NCBI GenBank assembly: GCA_028023455.1
Contig: JAQFVV010000001.1
Span: forward strand, 26,598,001-26,662,000
DNA from: Epiperipatus broadwayi
Taxonomy: Eukaryota; Animalia; Onychophora
Direction: 5' to 3'
DNA: 64,000 nucleotides
Within the stretch, counting starts at the first letter, position 1, and every line of letters starts with the position of its first letter. Position numbers and translations under genes: made by a program. The notes under the pieces were generated by a model. It saw only the letters and a list, made by a program, of their open reading frames with translations. It was not told the DNA's origin and did not search any database. Shown here in pieces: positions 1 through 13,183 of the stretch.

Positions 1-1100
1 TTTAATCTTTTCATTAAAATAAGTAATACTTCTTCAAATAGTACATTTGTGAATAAACTTTCCACATCAAAGTTTACTAGTAAGTCAGTTCTTTCAATTG
101 TCAGATTCTTGATTAATTCTACAAACTGTCTAGAATCCCTGTCAAAGAACTGGGTCTTGTATGCCAAAGGACTTAGGAACTTTGAGAAGAAATCTTCACA
201 AATTTTGGCAAGGTGAATTTCTATAATAATAGGTTTTAATGGAACATGATTCTTATGGATTTTAGGTAGACCATGAAGATGAGGAATTTTGCTGAAATAT
301 TTTACTTTTTTCTGAATCACCAAATTACCTGCAATGCTTGTAACTTTGATCCTGTACTCGTATCAGATTTTTTGCCACATTTCTGTAGTGGCCTGTTGTG
401 AGTTCTTATATTTTGTTGTCATAATCAGTTGTATCCATTACAACTGTTGCATTGCCTTTGTCAGTAGGGGAGAGTAATTATAGATTTATCTATTTTGGGA
501 GATTTAAATGCTTTCCTCTCACCATAGGATGTTTGACTTCAATTTTTGTTGCTTGTCAAGTGTTCTTATTCTCCAGCATAATTCTGCTGCTTCTTCTAAA
601 GGCAATTTTTGAGTGACTTCCTTGATGGATGCCATTATATCTAATGAAATATTAGACAGTGTTAAGGCTAAGTTTATGTCTGTTAGATGTTTACAACTGA
701 GATTTTAACAGATGAAGCTGGTACACTGTTTGGTACATTATGATTTTTGATATGCCTATGAAGGTTAGTGAGTTTCTTCTTTTATTTTTCTATGTAATGT
801 AGAACATGATTTTCTTACTGCTCGAGAAACACTTGTGAAGTCTTCATAAGTAAGTTTATTTTTTTAGAAAACATTCTACATTATTAATGTAATGCAAGGG
901 TTGCTACTTAAAAAACCCTTGAGCATTTATTCTTTCTCTTAACAGGCAAAAAACATGTGAGCATTTATTCTTTTTCTTAACACAGCTTCACTTGCTCTCT
1001 GAGTAATTTTCTCAGCTCTCTGGGAATGAATTGGAGGTTTTACTTGCAAACCTTTAGGAAGTATGCCTTCACTTTTACATAAGAAAGTTAAATGATTTTC
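1..1100 (-). mobile_element. Decayed Penelope-like element, N-terminal region and RT motifs 1-3 (runs off the window start)
   Basis: Minus-strand translation gives PTDKGNATVVMDTTDYDNKI* (~410-470) and PHLHGLPKIHKNHVPLKPII...LLVNFDVESLFTNVLFEEVL (~1-300), matching the PLE DKG, GLPKIHK and FDVxSLFTNV motifs. Stops and frameshifts are present. Confidence 0.88.
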
Positions 1101-1575
1101 TATTTTGGCCAGCTTTAAACATAATTTTTCATGTCTAAAGTTTGGTATAGTATCAAGTTAGTGTTTTCCTGAAAGTTTGTAATGAAGCACTTGCAAAAAC
1201 ACAAACTGATGATTAGAAAAGAGAAAACAGATGTGTATATCAATGAACATACGTTCAATTTGGAAAATACAAAAATATTGGATAGAGAAGAAAAGGTACA
1301 AAGAAGAAAATTTAAAGCAGCTCACATGACAATGGCATGCAATCCCATAAATTAACCTAGTGTGATTGTACATAATGTATGGAAACCACTAATCAACTTT
1401 GCTCTTAAGAAAAAGTGGAGAAATCATGAGGAACTTCATGGATAAGTATATACATTTTTCTACTGACTGATGCCTTTGGCAGGATGGTTCAGTTAGTGTT
1501 ACCTTAAAATGCAATACTTGAGTATCTGAGGGTCCAGATTAGATTCCCATGCTAATACTGTCACTGGTCTGACCA

Positions 1576-1618
1576 GCAACACCTGAAAAAGAAGGAATAC
1601 CTCTCAAAATATTGTGCA
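1576..1618 (+). ncRNA. Degenerate minimal hammerhead ribozyme (family 1, copy A)
   Basis: GCAACAC-CTGAAAA-AGAAGG-AATA-CCTCT-CAAAA-TATTGTG. The core is CUGAnGA with G8 changed to A, stem II is AGA(A)GG/CCTCT, and GAAA is mutated. Confidence 0.4.
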
Positions 1619-1987
1619 TAAACTAATCTATATGCTATTACTAACAGTTGAATGTATTTGGAATATTTAACTTTTTCTAAAACTTCACTACTCATATTAG
1701 ATGATGGAAATAATTTGACATATAAATACAACTAAAACATCGTCACCACAAACCTTTAGGAAAACACAATGTATGGAAACCTCTAATTAACCTTGCTCTT
1801 AGAAAAAATTTAAAAAAAAAAACCTAAGTAAAAAAGGACTCAAGAGGATTTGAACCAACCCTTAAAATTTCTAATTATTGCCTTGGACAAGGTAGCCAAG
1901 TTGATTACAGCATTCGCCTTAAAATCGATATTAGAGAATCCAAAGATGTGTATTTGACTCATCAGAATACTGTCACTGGTCAGATCA

Positions 1988-2035
1988 GCAACATCTGATA
2001 AAAAGTGGAGAATACTACTACTCGAAACATTGTGT
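1988..2035 (+). ncRNA. Degenerate minimal hammerhead ribozyme (family 1, copy B)
   Basis: GCAACAT-CTGATAA-...-CTC-GAAAC-ATTGTG. It keeps GAAAC; ACAT may be a CpG-decayed ACGT stem III. Paralogous to 1576-1618. Confidence 0.4.
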
Positions 2036-2439
2036 AATTACTAACCTGTATTGTCTATTTGTGTGTTAATACTAACAAGTTGTCTGTATTTGAAGTTTAC
2101 AATTTTCTATACATTCAACATTTATTGATAGATGATGGAAATAGTCCAATATATTATCATCACATACCTTCAGGCAAAGATCTAGTCTAGACTATGTAAA
2201 GTGAATTTTTTTTTCTTAATTACTTTATACACATTTTCTTTTAATCAGTTTTATATTCAAATACTAATTTTACATTATTGAAATATATGTGTAATGTGTG
2301 TATATATATATTTTATTATAACCTATGTGTATGATGTTTAACTGTTATAATAGAATTTCATGGTTAGCATTAATAGCAGGAATCATTGTAAATCATGTCA
2401 TAATTATTAGTAGCCACTTTTAAAAAATTGGTCATTCTA

Positions 2440-2760
2440 ATTGCAGAGATTGGAATTAGAACTGCTGATCATGTAATTAAGGATGAAAATGTGATAGCAC
2501 AAACAGAATTCCAATATCACAGTAACTACAGAGAAATAATCAAGAGAATAGGGAAATCATAACAAAATAATTGACATTACAAATATTTTGAAGGAAATTG
2601 TCCTTTTTTACAATTCTAATTATATGTTAAATCGTTTTTAATCAACCTATCATATATTAATAACTATGCAGCTTGTGATTTATAATGTGGGTCTAAAATT
2701 GAGATGCCTACAGTTGAGATGAAGGTCAAAATTATTAAGGTTGCTAGATGTTTGTGATTA
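2440..2760 (+). mobile_element. Second PLE endonuclease C-terminal relic
   Basis: ADHVIKDENVIAQTEFQYHSNYREIIKRIGKS* resembles the PLE GHxIxFExxxILA...YREAIEI tail. Weak. Confidence 0.35.
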
Positions 2761-5700
2761 AATAAGTGTTTTAGTTTTAAAATATTGAATATTTCTGAAA
2801 ACATTTGACACTAGATTATCAACTAAATGTTTATTGGCCTTTGTGTAGTTAACTGAAAATACTTTTGACTTTTAGAAAAGAATAATATTAATATTCTCTT
2901 TTTATTATTTATATTTTTAATATATATATATTATTGAAACAAATATATTTTCTTAATATAATAATTATATTTATATCATCATTTATTCTCCATTTTCTTT
3001 TAATGACTTAATCACGTTAGTACAAAATCTATAGGATTATTCAGTAATACTTCCAGCCAAGTCCTCAGGCTAATTTCTGGTTATTAGCCTTCAACAGTGA
3101 AGAACAATTGAAAGTACATTTATCAATCATTTTTATTTATTTTATATTATTCAATTACTAACTTGAAAGTTTTAGCATGCTAACATTTTGATTCAAGTCA
3201 AATTGCTTACAGTCTCGTACTAGATCAATTATATTTTTCAGTACTTTTATTTATAGGCTAGCTGTTAAGTACTTCTAATTCTTGGCAAAAAAGATAAGTA
3301 TTTTCCAAATAATGTATTTCATGATTCTCTTAGCTTCAATGAACAATTCATTTTTCTCACTAGCCAATATCTAAAAATTGATCTGAAAATGTGTATGGTA
3401 TTCGCATGTAATTCCTTAATTATTCATGTTTATATATATATATGGTCAAAAGAAGAATGATAGCAGATTTATAAAATGTTAAATGTAAGAGCAATGTTTA
3501 GACTATAACTAGAATCTAAGCTTACTAAAATATAGCTATTACACTACTGTCAGACCCATAGATTTATACAAGTAAATTGATTTGGATATTTGAAATTTTC
3601 AATTCATTAGCTTTGTCAATTAAAATAAATGATGATTTGAATCTGTGTGAATGCAATTCAATAATATCACTGATGAAGACTGACGGTAAGAAATTACTCT
3701 GGGAATTGACAGCACCTCTATCTACGATTTATTGATTTCTCATGTATATAGTAGATGACAATATAATAGAATGATAAAATGGATTTTTGTTTTTAATGAT
3801 GTTAAATGTAAGCTAGCAAAGGCATGTGATGTTTTGAATGTTTTTTCATCAGTTCTCAACCATTTGAAGAATCATTTCATTGTTAACTCAAGGGATTTTT
3901 ACTATTAATCTTTTAGTTTATCGTTATGATGCACTTACCTTTACATTTTTTCATCTGTATTTACATTACTAAATATATAAACTTAATTTACAAGTATTAT
4001 AATTTTAGTCAGCCTTATCAAGTATCTTTTATTTATACCTGTTTTCTTGATTCATTAAAAAGATCACCTAATGTCCTCTTTTAATGGTTCTTTTTTTTTT
4101 AGTTGCATCTTTTTGATTTCTAAAATTAATTTCGCCTATTAAACTGTTATCAGAAATTATATCAAGTCTAGAAATGGCACATGTATGTATTTTAATGTTA
4201 TTGGTAAACTAAATTATTCAAATAAACCAAATGAAATGTTTTTATTAATTATATTTTCCATGTATGAGTTTTATGAAAAATTTTATAAATCAACTTTTTT
4301 ATTTCTTAATCTTATTCTTTAATTTATTTTACTGCATTTTTATTCTGTTCCCTTATTATCATTATAGCTACTTTTCATTTTAATTTCTTCATATATAATC
4401 TCTACTCATTATATTTGCATGTTAGCATATACAATTGTGTAATAACCACAAGATCTTTTGGAATAGCTTTTTACTAGCAATAGTCTATTATTAACAGATT
4501 TCTACTTATAAAACAATATCTTCTTGATGTTAAGACAATATTTTCTCTATTATATTTAATTTTATCAACAGAATAATGAATACAGATTCTTTTCATTTCT
4601 CATCTTACAATTCAATTGATTTGTTTCATAGTTCACAATATATTATTTATCTTGTTTGATTTATTATAGTTCTAAAATTTTATTTACCAATTCTAATTTT
4701 ATATATATCCAAAAACTTTCATAATTTGAACTGGATTAATGTTCTCAATATTAAAAACAAATGCTTTACTTGGCATATCCAACTATAATTTTCATATCTA
4801 ATAAAATTGTTACTTTTTTAACATTAATGAATAAATATATAAATCTATCAACTGATTTCTGAATACAATTATTAAAACAAATAGTTCAAACAAATATAAT
4901 AATAATAATCTTCAAACAGTTAGGGTATTTCTTAACAAATTTCCTTTAAAAAAAAAAAAATTCATTTAGGAAATAGACACAACTGATAAAAATGAGACAT
5001 TTAGATTAAATTTATACCAGACAAAAACACTATGATTTTACATATTTTTGCCAAAGGATCAAGGATTCTACCATTTAGCATGTAACTATAATAAATTATG
5101 TAGTTTCTAGACTAAGTCAAACATATATACATGTACAAGCAAGATAGCTTTGCTTTAAACCTTAAGAGTGTTTTTGATTTTCACATTAATAGATTGAATA
5201 ATATACAACAAATACAAATGACTACTGTACATTTAAGTGCAAACACAATGCTCTCTGCTGAAGGCCAATAATCAGAAAACTAGGCATAAGATTTTTAAAA
5301 AAAACACAGTTGCCTAGTCTTTCATTAATTATTCTAGCTAACAATTGATGGCTTTGAAGTAAACAAAGTGAATTATAACTCCCAATATATATGCAGTTAG
5401 ATTACAATAATGTTTGGATAGTTTGTTTTTCTTTCTTACCTAAAGTTTTTGCAGCATCAAATAGCACTAAGCTGCATAATAGGCACCAGTGAATTAAATT
5501 TGTATAATTACAATAGAGATATATGTTATACAAAATATTATAAACACTGAAGTTATTATATTAAGTAAAACTTTTGGAATAATTTTATTACCCTGTTTCA
5601 AAATAAATACATGTTTAAATAACTTTGAATGTTCCACCTTAGACTGAAAATAAACAGTATTACATTACTAAATGTAAAATAGTTAATTTTCATAATTTTC

Positions 5701-6719
5701 TGGAATTCACTTTGAAAGATTCTTAATTTTCTTTATTAAGAAAAAAAAAGTGAAGTAATTGCTTTAAACATATTTGTAATAGTTATGTTAAAAGAATGGG
5801 CAATTCAAAATTATATATATAAATAATTTGAGAAATCAGAAAAACAATTTTAAAATATATATATATACCCTGTATATAACATTTGTAGATTGATTTTATT
5901 TGATTGATAGTTGACTACAAGATTGTAATGTTTGTAAGATGGCTGAGATAACAACTTTCATATTATTTGACGCCATATATTTCTAATATTATATATATGA
6001 AAAGGAATAAACAATTTCAGATTGAGTGAATTATATGTAAAGAGAAAAGTAATAAATGTGAAAAGAAGTAAATCACATCTCAGTCCCCATAGGCATGTAA
6101 TGGGCCATATTATAATTGTTATTTATGATTAGTGAATCAAAATCTTTCTTTTCTAATTCAGAATGTCTAAAAATTATTTACATTTCAGCTAAAAATTACT
6201 ACACATCTATTTATCAAATAACAGGCGATTAAGTTGGCCACCTATCTAAAAAAAATATATAATTATTTGGGAAATTCTTAACTATCTAAAAATATTTCCC
6301 GATTTAACATCAAATTTTATCACTGTGTCATGGGAAAAGTTGACAAATCATCGCTATACCTCAAAGTCTTTACAATAAATGATTCAAATTATCACATATG
6401 AATTGCAAACAAAATACTAAAAAGTATTAATAAAGTAAACATCACAAAATCGTTAGCAAGTCTTTATTTCAAAATAGAATGTTATCTATCTACATTTATT
6501 TTTATTGTTTGTCTATGTGTATATATATATAGATTATTATCATAGTAGAAAAATATAACCATTATTATTTATAATAATACTAAAGGTAAGATTATTAGTA
6601 TAACTATATATATAATAAATCCTTTTTTTTTAAAAAAAAATTGTTTTAATATCTAAAAAGTTATCAAAAATCTTTTATCATTTTCATAACTGTAAACTGA
6701 CAAACAACATATAACAGAT

Positions 6720-8065
6720 CTATATTATTTGTAAATAATTTTGTGTATGAATCGCAATGACCTCAGGAACAATTATGTGATTATTATCATCTGCTTCAAG
6801 ATTTAACAAATTTTCAACATCTTTTTGACTAAGATTGACTTTGCAGTTTTCTTTAAATATTATTAAATGTGTATATATCTTTAGAATAATTTCTTTTTAA
6901 ATATACAATTCATACATAGCATTTATTGTTTTTTTAAAGCTTTAAACCAAATTTAAAGTTCAGATGAATGACATATAAAGCAAGTCCCTACACAGTAGTA
7001 ACTTAATTAATTACAATCTGCATCCACAGAAGTCTTGTGTCTAATGAGATCCTTAAAATTTAATGGCATGAATTATACATGGCCTTTTATGTAGAAGATT
7101 CTAAATACAAATAAAATCACAGTGATCACACATATTTTGAAATTAGAATTTTTCAATTAAGATTAACAGCTTATTTAAAACAGGAGTTTTTCACATGATA
7201 TTTATTGCTAATTTCAATATTGAATTTATATCAAAATTGGCAAGAAATCTTGTGTGAAAAACTCGTTTTAAATATCTCAAATTTGATATTATTGTATCCA
7301 TGAATAGAAACTGCACCATAATTATTAATAAAAATATACATGCACTCTATACTGTTATTCATCAGTTGAAATTTATTTATGATGATTCTAATAAAGACAA
7401 CATCAGTTCCTTCAATAATCTTTTAAAGAATACCTATCACTATCAGAAGCTTAAAAAAGTATATGTAAATTAAATAATAAATTAAATTTAAATTAAAAAA
7501 ATTCTAATTTCAAAAATGTGTGATTTTATTCGTAATTAGAAGCTATGGCTTAAAAGACCATATTGTGTAATTCATTCCATTAAGTTTTAAGGCTCTCATT
7601 AGCCACAAAACTTCTGTGGATGCAGATTACAATTAATCAAATAATTAGTGTTTCAGAATTTGTTTTACATGTTTTTTCTCATGTGTCATAGCATCAACTG
7701 GGAAGCGAATCCACTAACCCAGGACAACTGCAAGTAAAGCAGCTGTCGCTGACCTCTCGACCACCAATGCTTGAAGTGTTTTCAAGTTAAAAATATATTC
7801 ACCTGAATTTTAAATTTGGATTAAAGCTTAAAATAAACAATAAATGCTATGTGTGCATTGTATTTTTAAAAAGAAATTATTTTTAAGATATATTTACACA
7901 TTTAATAATATTTAAAAAAAACTGCAACGTTAATCTTGCTGTCAAAAGTTGGAATATAATAAGAAGTTGAAAATTTATTAAAACTTTAAAACAGATGATA
8001 ATAATCACATAATTGATCCTGGGGTCATTGAAATTGCTACACAAGATTCCTTATAAATTATATAG
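6720..8065. mobile_element. Long foldback/TIR element (imperfect arms ~6720-7165 and ~7490-8065; right arm interrupted at ~7640-7800)
   Basis: CAATGACCTCAGGAACAATTATGTGATTATTATCATCTG (~6757) is the reverse complement of CAGATGATAATAATCACATAATTGATCCTGGGGTCATTG (~7992). ATCTGCATCCACAGAAGT (~7016) pairs with ACTTCTGTGGATGCAGAT (~7610). Confidence 0.85.
7698..7772 (-). mobile_element. tRNA-derived SINE head or tRNA pseudogene inserted in the foldback arm
   Basis: Minus strand reads GTGGTCGAGAGGTCAGCG (A-box-like)...GTCCTGGGTTAGTGGATTCGCTTCCC (interrupted B-box-like). There is no counterpart in the left arm. Confidence 0.45.
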
Positions 8066-9340
8066 AAATGTTACTTATTGTAAGATGATTCATATATATA
8101 CACATATATAGACAAAAAAGAGAAACATTAATTAAATGTTTACAGAAAGTAAAAATACATTCCATATTATTTTTCAGCAATCAAACTATTTTTAGAAACT
8201 ATTTTTAAAAAAATACATAAATGCAAAGCTAAAAGAATAAACAAAGTAAGAATAAAAGAAAGCCATAAAATAATTCTACATATGTATAACATTTTAATAA
8301 ATAAAACATTTGACTAAGTCAATATGACTCAAAATTTACACATTATACATTATAAACTTTAAGAAGCTTATATAAAAATAATAAAACATGAGTGTTATCA
8401 TTTTTTAATTTTAACACTCTAACATAAACTAATTTTAAGAAGTAAATCTAAATAACAAATCTCAATTTATAATTAAATATTTCATGAACTTGAAAGATTT
8501 CATTTTACATATAAAAGCTTATAAAAATATGTACAATTAATAACATAAAAAAAAAGTCATTCATACATATATATGTATGTCATAGTTTAACCAGCATACA
8601 CAAATATATATGAACACAAATTTACATATTCATCTTTATTTTATAAAACTTATGTAAAATCATTTAAAAAAGTCAAAATATAAATATAATAAATAGTTAA
8701 AGCTTTTTTTTTTTTATAAAAATGCAGTAGGATTTATCAAAAATACTTTTTAAAAAAATATTTTGATTATAAATGCTAGTTAAAATACTCAGTACTTACT
8801 TAAAAAATTTCAAAAATAAAATAAAAATTTCTAAATAATAGAAGATACTTTTGTCACTATAATTACATGCATAGAAGCAATCAAAATAATAAAAAAAACA
8901 TTATTTTAGCAACAAATGTTAACTATCTTACTCAGGATTTATGCAATAAATATCAAAAATAAATTAAAAATTTCAAAGTACTATTGAAAACATTCATCAA
9001 TATGATTGTTTTATCTGCATATAATATATGTATAATAGTTAAATTTTTTAACTGATTTGAATACATTACCTTTATCAAAGAAAACTTATAGATTTAATAT
9101 TTATACAGATTTTATAAAAATAATTATTAACAACTTATTTAACAGAATAATGTTTAAATATTTTATAAAATATTCAACAAATTATATCTACCTTATCTTG
9201 AATAAATGCTTTAATAAAAGATCTATCCATCCAAAACATTATTAAATAAGTTTATTAAAAATTAGAAAAATAAAAGAACATTTATCTTTTCAAATATTTA
9301 AATTAATACTGAGTCATTTTTTATCTTGATTATATAAAAT

Positions 9341-9649
9341 CTATGAAACTAAAAGTTGTATATTTTCCATCTCAGGATTACTCAGAGTTGAATAGCGTGC
9401 AGAACTTGAATCCTCTATTGTAGCTATTATTAATTTTCTTTGTCTTCTAGCTCTAAATATACCTAAAACAATAGCAATTACTGCAACAACTGCTAAAAAT
9501 AACAAGGCTGAAACACCAAGCCAAATCCAAGTTACTGCAATAGTAGCACTATCTGATAGTGAAGCTTGAAAATTAGTTCCATTAACATTACAGTTGTCAG
9601 TAGTACAGCAACAAAGCTCAACCAGCTGCTTAGAACCAAATAATGTGAC
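9341..9649 (-). CDS. Terminal coding exon of a tandem three-finger/ET-module single-pass membrane protein
   Basis: Acceptor tttag|GTC, phase 0. Translates to VTLFGSKQLVELCCCTTDNCNVNGTNFQASLSDSATIAVTWIWLGVSALLFLAVVAVIAIVLGIFRARRQRKLIIATIEDSSSARYSTLSNPEMENIQLLVS*: a CCC-x4-CN domain end, a ~25-aa TM helix, a basic stop-transfer patch and a short tail. Missed by the ORF track because it has no start codon. Confidence 0.87.
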   Translation of the reverse strand, partial: VTLFGSKQLVELCCCTTDNCNVNGTNFQASLSDSATIAVTWIWLGVSALLFLAVVAVIAIVLGIFRARRQRKLIIATIEDSSSARYSTLSNPEMENIQLLVS

Positions 9650-10444
9650 CTAAATAAGATTAAGATATATACATTTAATTTCCTTTTTTAGATATTTTAA
9701 AATAATTAACAAAATTTATGCTATTTTGTATACATAAGATGAATTTATTTTCACATGTAAATATATAAAGCATCTAAAATACACTAAATTTAAAAACAAA
9801 AATCAGAAATAAATAAATAAAAACAGTTCAAAAAGTTAAAAATCAAATGAAATTTTAAAGTTGGAAAGCAATTGGTAAGTTCAACCATGGATATAAGAAG
9901 CTGCATGATTGAAGACTAACTAATGAAATACAAACATCCACAGGGATGACTAAAATATGTAAAGTCCGCATAATCTTTAGCAAACATTACTATTTTTAAA
10001 TATAGAATATCAAATAATCTTTAAAGTAAAGAAATTTATTCTAAACACTACTACATCCATAATGTATTTCTAGACTATTCTATTTTATTAAACAAGATGA
10101 CCAGATATTATGGCATGCTTTTTGATTTCTTCAAAAGCAAAGTTTAGCATTAAAAATTAAATTGGAAATTAATTCTAATGAGTAACAAGATAATGTATAA
10201 TTCAATAGAATATCATGACTCAATATTCAAGTTGACTATGAATTAGATGAAAAATCATTCTTTAATATCTGAAAAAAAAAGATAATTGGATGCTTTTTCC
10301 AAAATAAGATGCTTTGCAAATCAAAAAACTTCAATTAAAGTGCAAATGTGAAATTTGTTCAATTAATTTCTCAAAATTTTGATAAGAATCTTAATTTTTA
10401 ATATAAAAAAATCACTAGTGAGCCTGTTCTATTGTCCATAAAGA

Positions 10445-10560
10445 CCAAATTCCAGGTGGAATGTATGGAGAGTTTTGCCTTGTTTAATAACAATTATGTG
10501 CTAGTATAAGAGATGGTGATCATGTGATGTTTAGTGATTGAAAGTATGTCATTATCTTTG
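10445..10560 (+). repeat. Fragment of the retrozyme-like family seen at 40.1-40.8 kb
   Basis: TGTATGGAGAGTTTTGCCTTGTTTAATAACAATTATGTGCTAGTATAAGAGATGGTGATCATGTGATGTTTAGTG aligns with ~40710-40785. Confidence 0.85.
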
Positions 10561-11589
10561 TATTTTTTTTCTTCTGGATAATAATTAGATCATTAAACAT
10601 GTACAAAAAACTGACTAAAACATTTATTGCTTCAAACAATCTTGGCAAATATGTGGCCATTAAAATTTCTGATAAAGTAAAAATAAACATAAATCACTTT
10701 TGCTGAAAATTTTTCATAAATTTCAAAATCTTAGGTTGTTTTTTTTTTTTTTTGCCCTTTTTATTGCCACAAATTATATATATGTTATACACTAATATCT
10801 GAGTTATTTTTGTTGTGGTTTGTTTTGTGATCTTGAGTAGTATTTAAAATTAGTGAAGAGAATGTTCTGAATTAACTTTGGATATTAATTTGCTACTTAA
10901 ACATTTTATTAATTCATTTTGAATAATAAGTTACTGAATCAAATGACTTATTAGTAATTTTCCTCATTGTGCCACTAGAGTTTAAAAGTTAATGAACTTG
11001 CTCTTAAATTGATTCTTCAGATGATCAAAATATGCTATAAATTTTAAAAATAAAGTAAGAGTTATCTGAAATAACTCTTTTATCACCATTTTTATTGTGT
11101 GCATGTAATAGCACATATCCTCACTATTATGTTTAGAAATATTGTAAACTTTTATTTGAAAAAAAAAAAAAAAAATTGATTTTTTTAAATCTATCAATTC
11201 AGAATGTTACTCATTTTTAATAAGTGAAAACAGTCAGCATATCTAAAATGAAGAAATGAACCAGTAGTAAATCTCATGAAAATTTCTATTTTTTGTAATG
11301 GATCCCTTAGTAATGATCCTTTAAATCTCTGACAAGAAAAACTCATAACATATCTTTTTGCATTTTGGTAAAGTTTTATGTGAGGTGATGAGTAAATGAT
11401 TCTATGAATATAAAACATTCATCAAAACTTAAATAGCTTAGAATAATATTTAGAAACAAAAACTGCATATTAAGTTCTGAAATTAAAATATAGAGAAAAA
11501 TAGTTTTTGCCAATTTTTTTTAAATCAATTTCCACTCTTAATATATAACTTTTGTTTTTTAAGTTCAAGTACTGCTCAATTGCTTTTTA

Positions 11590-12230
11590 TTAATATAAAG
11601 CCCAGATACTTTTGCTGGATCTCACCCACTGTCTTTTGGATAATATGATTAACTCAATAGTTATTATTAGATAATGTTAACAGAAAATAGTTTCTTTAAC
11701 AATAACTACATTGAACAGATTCATTCTGCCCAGATAATGGCAGGTGAAATCCAACCAAAATGTTATTATAATAACAAGCAACCATACATATAGATCAATC
11801 AGAAAAACGCATTTATATCTTTCATGTTAAAATCTTCATTTTAACATTAACAATATAAACATTTTAGAATTTAACCATAGTTTCATTTTTTTCATTAGCA
11901 CCGACAAAGGCATACATAGTTAAAAATATTGACAATGTAACACATGCGGTTAACTATAATGACTTCATAAGCTATAGCATAAGTGAGATCAAGAAATGCA
12001 TTAATATACTCAATGATCCCTGGCTTAATGAGAAGATTCTGTTTTCTCAATTATCACTGGCTTGTTTCAATCTATCAGAGTTGGCTCATTAACTGGTAAT
12101 AGTAAATTGCAATATTTTCAGCTTTTTAAATCTAAATGTAAAGTCAATAAATGTTATATGAAATTCTATTAAAAATAATCCAATGCAATGAACATTTTAT
12201 TAACAGATTTACCATTTATTATATTCAACA
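11590..12230 (-). mobile_element. Highly decayed LINE relic (CR1/L2-like APE and RT pieces), intronic
   Basis: Minus-strand fragments LLLPVNEPTLI (compare LxQxVxEPTR), IS*SHL (compare ISDH) and QQKYLGFIL. Many stops. Confidence 0.38.
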
Positions 12231-13010
12231 TCTATTTCAATAATCATTTCAATAATGAAATAATAAATTCATAAAACCATTTTCAATTTTAATTCGTACA
12301 CATAATTGTATTCAAGACAATTAAATATTTTGCTTCTAGTCAAGGTTGATCAAAATATTTTGCTTCAGATGGTCAAGGTGGATCGGCAATAGGTTGCCAA
12401 TATTTTTAGAAGCAATCAAAGAAACTGCAGCACAAACAATATAGACTTGTTACTTGTAAAGAGTGTGTCATCACAATTTGTTGCGCATAGGATCCATCCA
12501 ATTTTCATTACACAAACTATATTGATGTCTTAACACTAAATAATGTACTTAATGTTGATTTTATTATTATTTTATTTAATATTTAAAGAATAAAAAAGTC
12601 AAATATTCAATGAAATGTTATTAGTCATTTTTAAATATATTCTGTCAATAACATTTTTTTCTTAACAAAAGGAAAAAAAGTAAGCATCTTTGATATTTCT
12701 AAAAAGGTGTTAATGAAGTGTACACTTAACACATTTCTACTATAAATGATCTGTCAAATCATTAATAAAATATTTATTTTCAACAAGTATAATTTGATGA
12801 AGACCATTTTTAACTAAAATTTCATATTCAGCCAAATGTATTAATGATAAGTGATCAGTTAATATTTTGTGGAATTTTGGTTTGTTTACTATCATTATCT
12901 TGCATATGCTATTTTAAAAAGCAGATGTCTGTAATATGTTAATCATGAAACACTACTAATATATATTTATATTATATCATGTTATTTCTTTATAAATATA
13001 GACAACTCAC

Positions 13011-13183
13011 ATTTTCACAACCACCTTTCCAAAGTTCATTATGCTTTCCACATATGCTGTCTTGATATTCACACATATATTCTGTAAAAGGTGCACCAAC
13101 TCTATCAAATATCCGAACACTTATGCAATATACAGATAATGGTGGGCAAAGAGCTTTAGGAATGCTTCTGGGTAAATGAAATC
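13011..13183 (-). CDS. Internal coding exon of the three-finger/ET-module membrane protein
   Basis: Long polypyrimidine tract then ttatag|GA, and AAT|gtgagt donor; 173 nt, phase 1 to 0. Translates to (G)FHLPRSIPKALCPPLSVYCISVRIFDRVGAPFTEYMCEYQDSICGKHNELWKGGCEN and joins both neighbouring exons in frame. Confidence 0.87.

Larger units (their letters stand above)
1180..2140 (+). mobile_element. PLE 3' end (GIY-YIG C-terminus plus pseudo-LTR), inverted relative to the RT relic; pLTR segment present twice
   Basis: Plus strand reads HTFNLENTKILDREEKVQRRKFKA...VHNVWKPLI, typical of a PLE endonuclease tail. AATGTATGGAAACC(A/T)CTAAT recurs at ~1375 and ~1769. AATACTGTCACTGGTC..A.CAGCAACA.CTGA recurs at ~1554 and ~1966. 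Confidence 0.65.

Noticed and set aside
1-9340. Kinase exons that would make the gene a TGF-beta/activin receptor
   Set aside because: No GxGxxG, VAVK, HRD or DFG-like coding segments were seen downstream, and the last exon ends in a clean stop.
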